From Mustelus asterias (taxonomy: Eukaryota), in contig NC_135810.1 in the NCBI RefSeq assembly GCF_964213995.1, positions 57,908,001-57,972,000 on the forward strand: 64,000 bases of DNA, in the 5' to 3' direction. The notes below the pieces were generated by a model. It did no database searches, was not told where the DNA came from, and saw only the letters and a program-made list of their open reading frames with translations. Positions 62,313 through 64,000 of this stretch are shown here, in pieces (positions within the stretch are counted from its first letter, which is position 1; each line of letters opens with the position of its first letter). The translations under genes and the position numbers were made by a program.

Positions 62313-63560
62313 TTTGCACCATGTTGAGCGTTACACTGGCTCGTGGCAGGTAATACATCTACAGGTCATCAATACTCATTAAGCCAAACTTATTTTAATT
62401 GCATCCTACCTTCAACATAAAGTCAGCATCACACAAGAATCTAGTTCACAGTCGGTTAAAGATGGCGTACACCGGCCATCTTTGTGCAGCTGTGCGCATG
62501 TTCATGACATGCAAGGGAGAGAAGCAGGGGAATGGCAGTTTGCACAGAGACTTGGGACCAGCAGGCGTTGCTCAATGGTGAGGTGGTGAGGGGGTGGTGA
62601 GGGGGGGTCGTGGAGTGAGGGGGGGGGGGGGCGTGGGGGGGTCGTGGAGTGAGGGGCATATACTATTGGAAGAAGGATCCAGGGTTTCAAAATAAAAATA
62701 AAATTATTCTTGTTGAACTACTGCCATCAACCCACATCAGCGGCATCTATTTTCTTGCTTGCAAGTCAACATTTCCCACAGCAGACAATGGAGTGGCTAT
62801 GGCCCCGCCTGCTGATCCAACTCCTACTACCACCCTCCCTGACCCTCCCCCCCCTCCCCTTCCTCCCCAATGTCGAACCTACCCTCCGATGTCCAAGCTC
62901 TGCCCAATGTTTGACTCCCCACTTACCTTCTACCAGCCTTGCTATTTTCAGGGGGATCTTTCAATTCACCTGCTTACAGCTGCTAATGCTATAAAAAGGG
63001 GCAAGTCCTCTTTTACTCCGCTTCTGTTAAGCTCTGTTGCTGGACCCAGGACACGCTGCGCTGCCTGAATCTCACTCGGCCTGAGTCAGGAAGGTCAGGC
63101 GAGACAGACGCGAAAGATTTTCAGCACAGGTAAGTGGGTACGAGTAACAATCCAATACTGATCACTACGCCAAGGAAATTATGGCCTATACATTACTTAT
63201 TACCACAGTATCAACATTCTTTTATGGGTTAGGGTTTAAATGACTAATTGAATTGAGTGTTGATGGTTTGAATGTTCACACAGGCTGCTTCATCGATTAC
63301 TGAATTAGCAATTACTTCCTCATATATCAGCAAAATGTTTTAATCAATTGAAGTAGAAATTGATCCTTTTACTTGGTCAGCAGTATCCAGTGATGGCAAT
63401 GGTGCACTGAGTAGGTTCCAGTTAATGTGGATGCTACGGGGGGGGTAAAAGTCATTCTGCAAATCCAAACTCTCTGGGACTATCCTTCTCTTATCAAGGA
63501 TTTCTGACAGTTCAATTCTTGTCCCAGTAGTAGGCAGGTAGATTCTACTCCTTGCTTCCC

Positions 63561-63856
63561 ACACGGTGACACAGTGGTTAGCACTGCTGCCTCACAGCGC
63601 TAAGGACCTAGGTTCGATTCCCGGCTAGAGTCACTGTCTGTGCGGAGTCTGCACGTTCTCCCCGTGTCTGCGTGGGTTTCCTCCGGGTGCTTCGGTTTCC
63701 TCCCACAGTCTGAAAGACGAGCATTGGCCGTGCTAAATTCTCCTTCAGTGTACCCGAACAGGCGCCGGAGTGTGATGACTAGGGGATTTTCACAGTAACT
63801 TCATTGCAGTGTTAATGCAAGCCTACTTGTGACACTAATAAATAAACTTAAATAAA
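63561..63856 (+). mobile_element. V-SINE, alternative tail type
   Basis: Tail gcctacttgtgacactaataaataaa. Confidence 0.9.
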
Positions 63857-64000
63857 GTATGGAGCTAATTCTTCAAGTATATGCCAGTCAGGGTGAGTAA
63901 TGATAGCTTCATTTAAGAACGACAAAGAATCAAACAGCTCAGTCGCCTTCCTTGGAGATCTTTACAGGATCCCAACCTTAAACATCACAATTCCAAAACA

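Noticed and set aside
1-64000. Prokaryotic-type systems (CRISPR, operons, defence islands) or Fanzor/TnpB
   Set aside because: No such arrays or RuvC-like ORFs seen; all long ORFs are explained by retroelements or low-complexity DNA

Overview
Repeat-dense vertebrate genomic DNA, almost certainly from a shark or other elasmobranch, judged by about 18 HE1-like V-SINEs and several DeuSINE (SacSINE1-like) copies. It is probably intronic or intergenic. I found no confidently recognisable host protein-coding gene, only a few weak exon-like signals (best: a candidate minus-strand terminal exon at about 59290-59776). The window is a stack of transposons: CR1-clade LINEs (one with an uninterrupted 765-aa ORF2 part), L2/CR1-like and Rex1/Babar LINE fragments, a Tx1-like L1, a decayed full-length Gypsy LTR element, PIF/Harbinger remnants with many GC-rich MITEs, and at least three Penelope-like (PLE) families. 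The most interesting signal is one PLE family whose pseudo-LTR carries a minimal hammerhead-ribozyme motif with covarying stem I. It occurs as a 3.07-kb fold-back, a 0.67-kb fold-back, a 91-bp insert starting almost at the predicted self-cleavage site, and an apparently permuted fragment. PLE hammerheads are known in general; the processing pattern inferred here is a hypothesis. Coordinates were read by eye, and the boundaries of old repeats are approximate.
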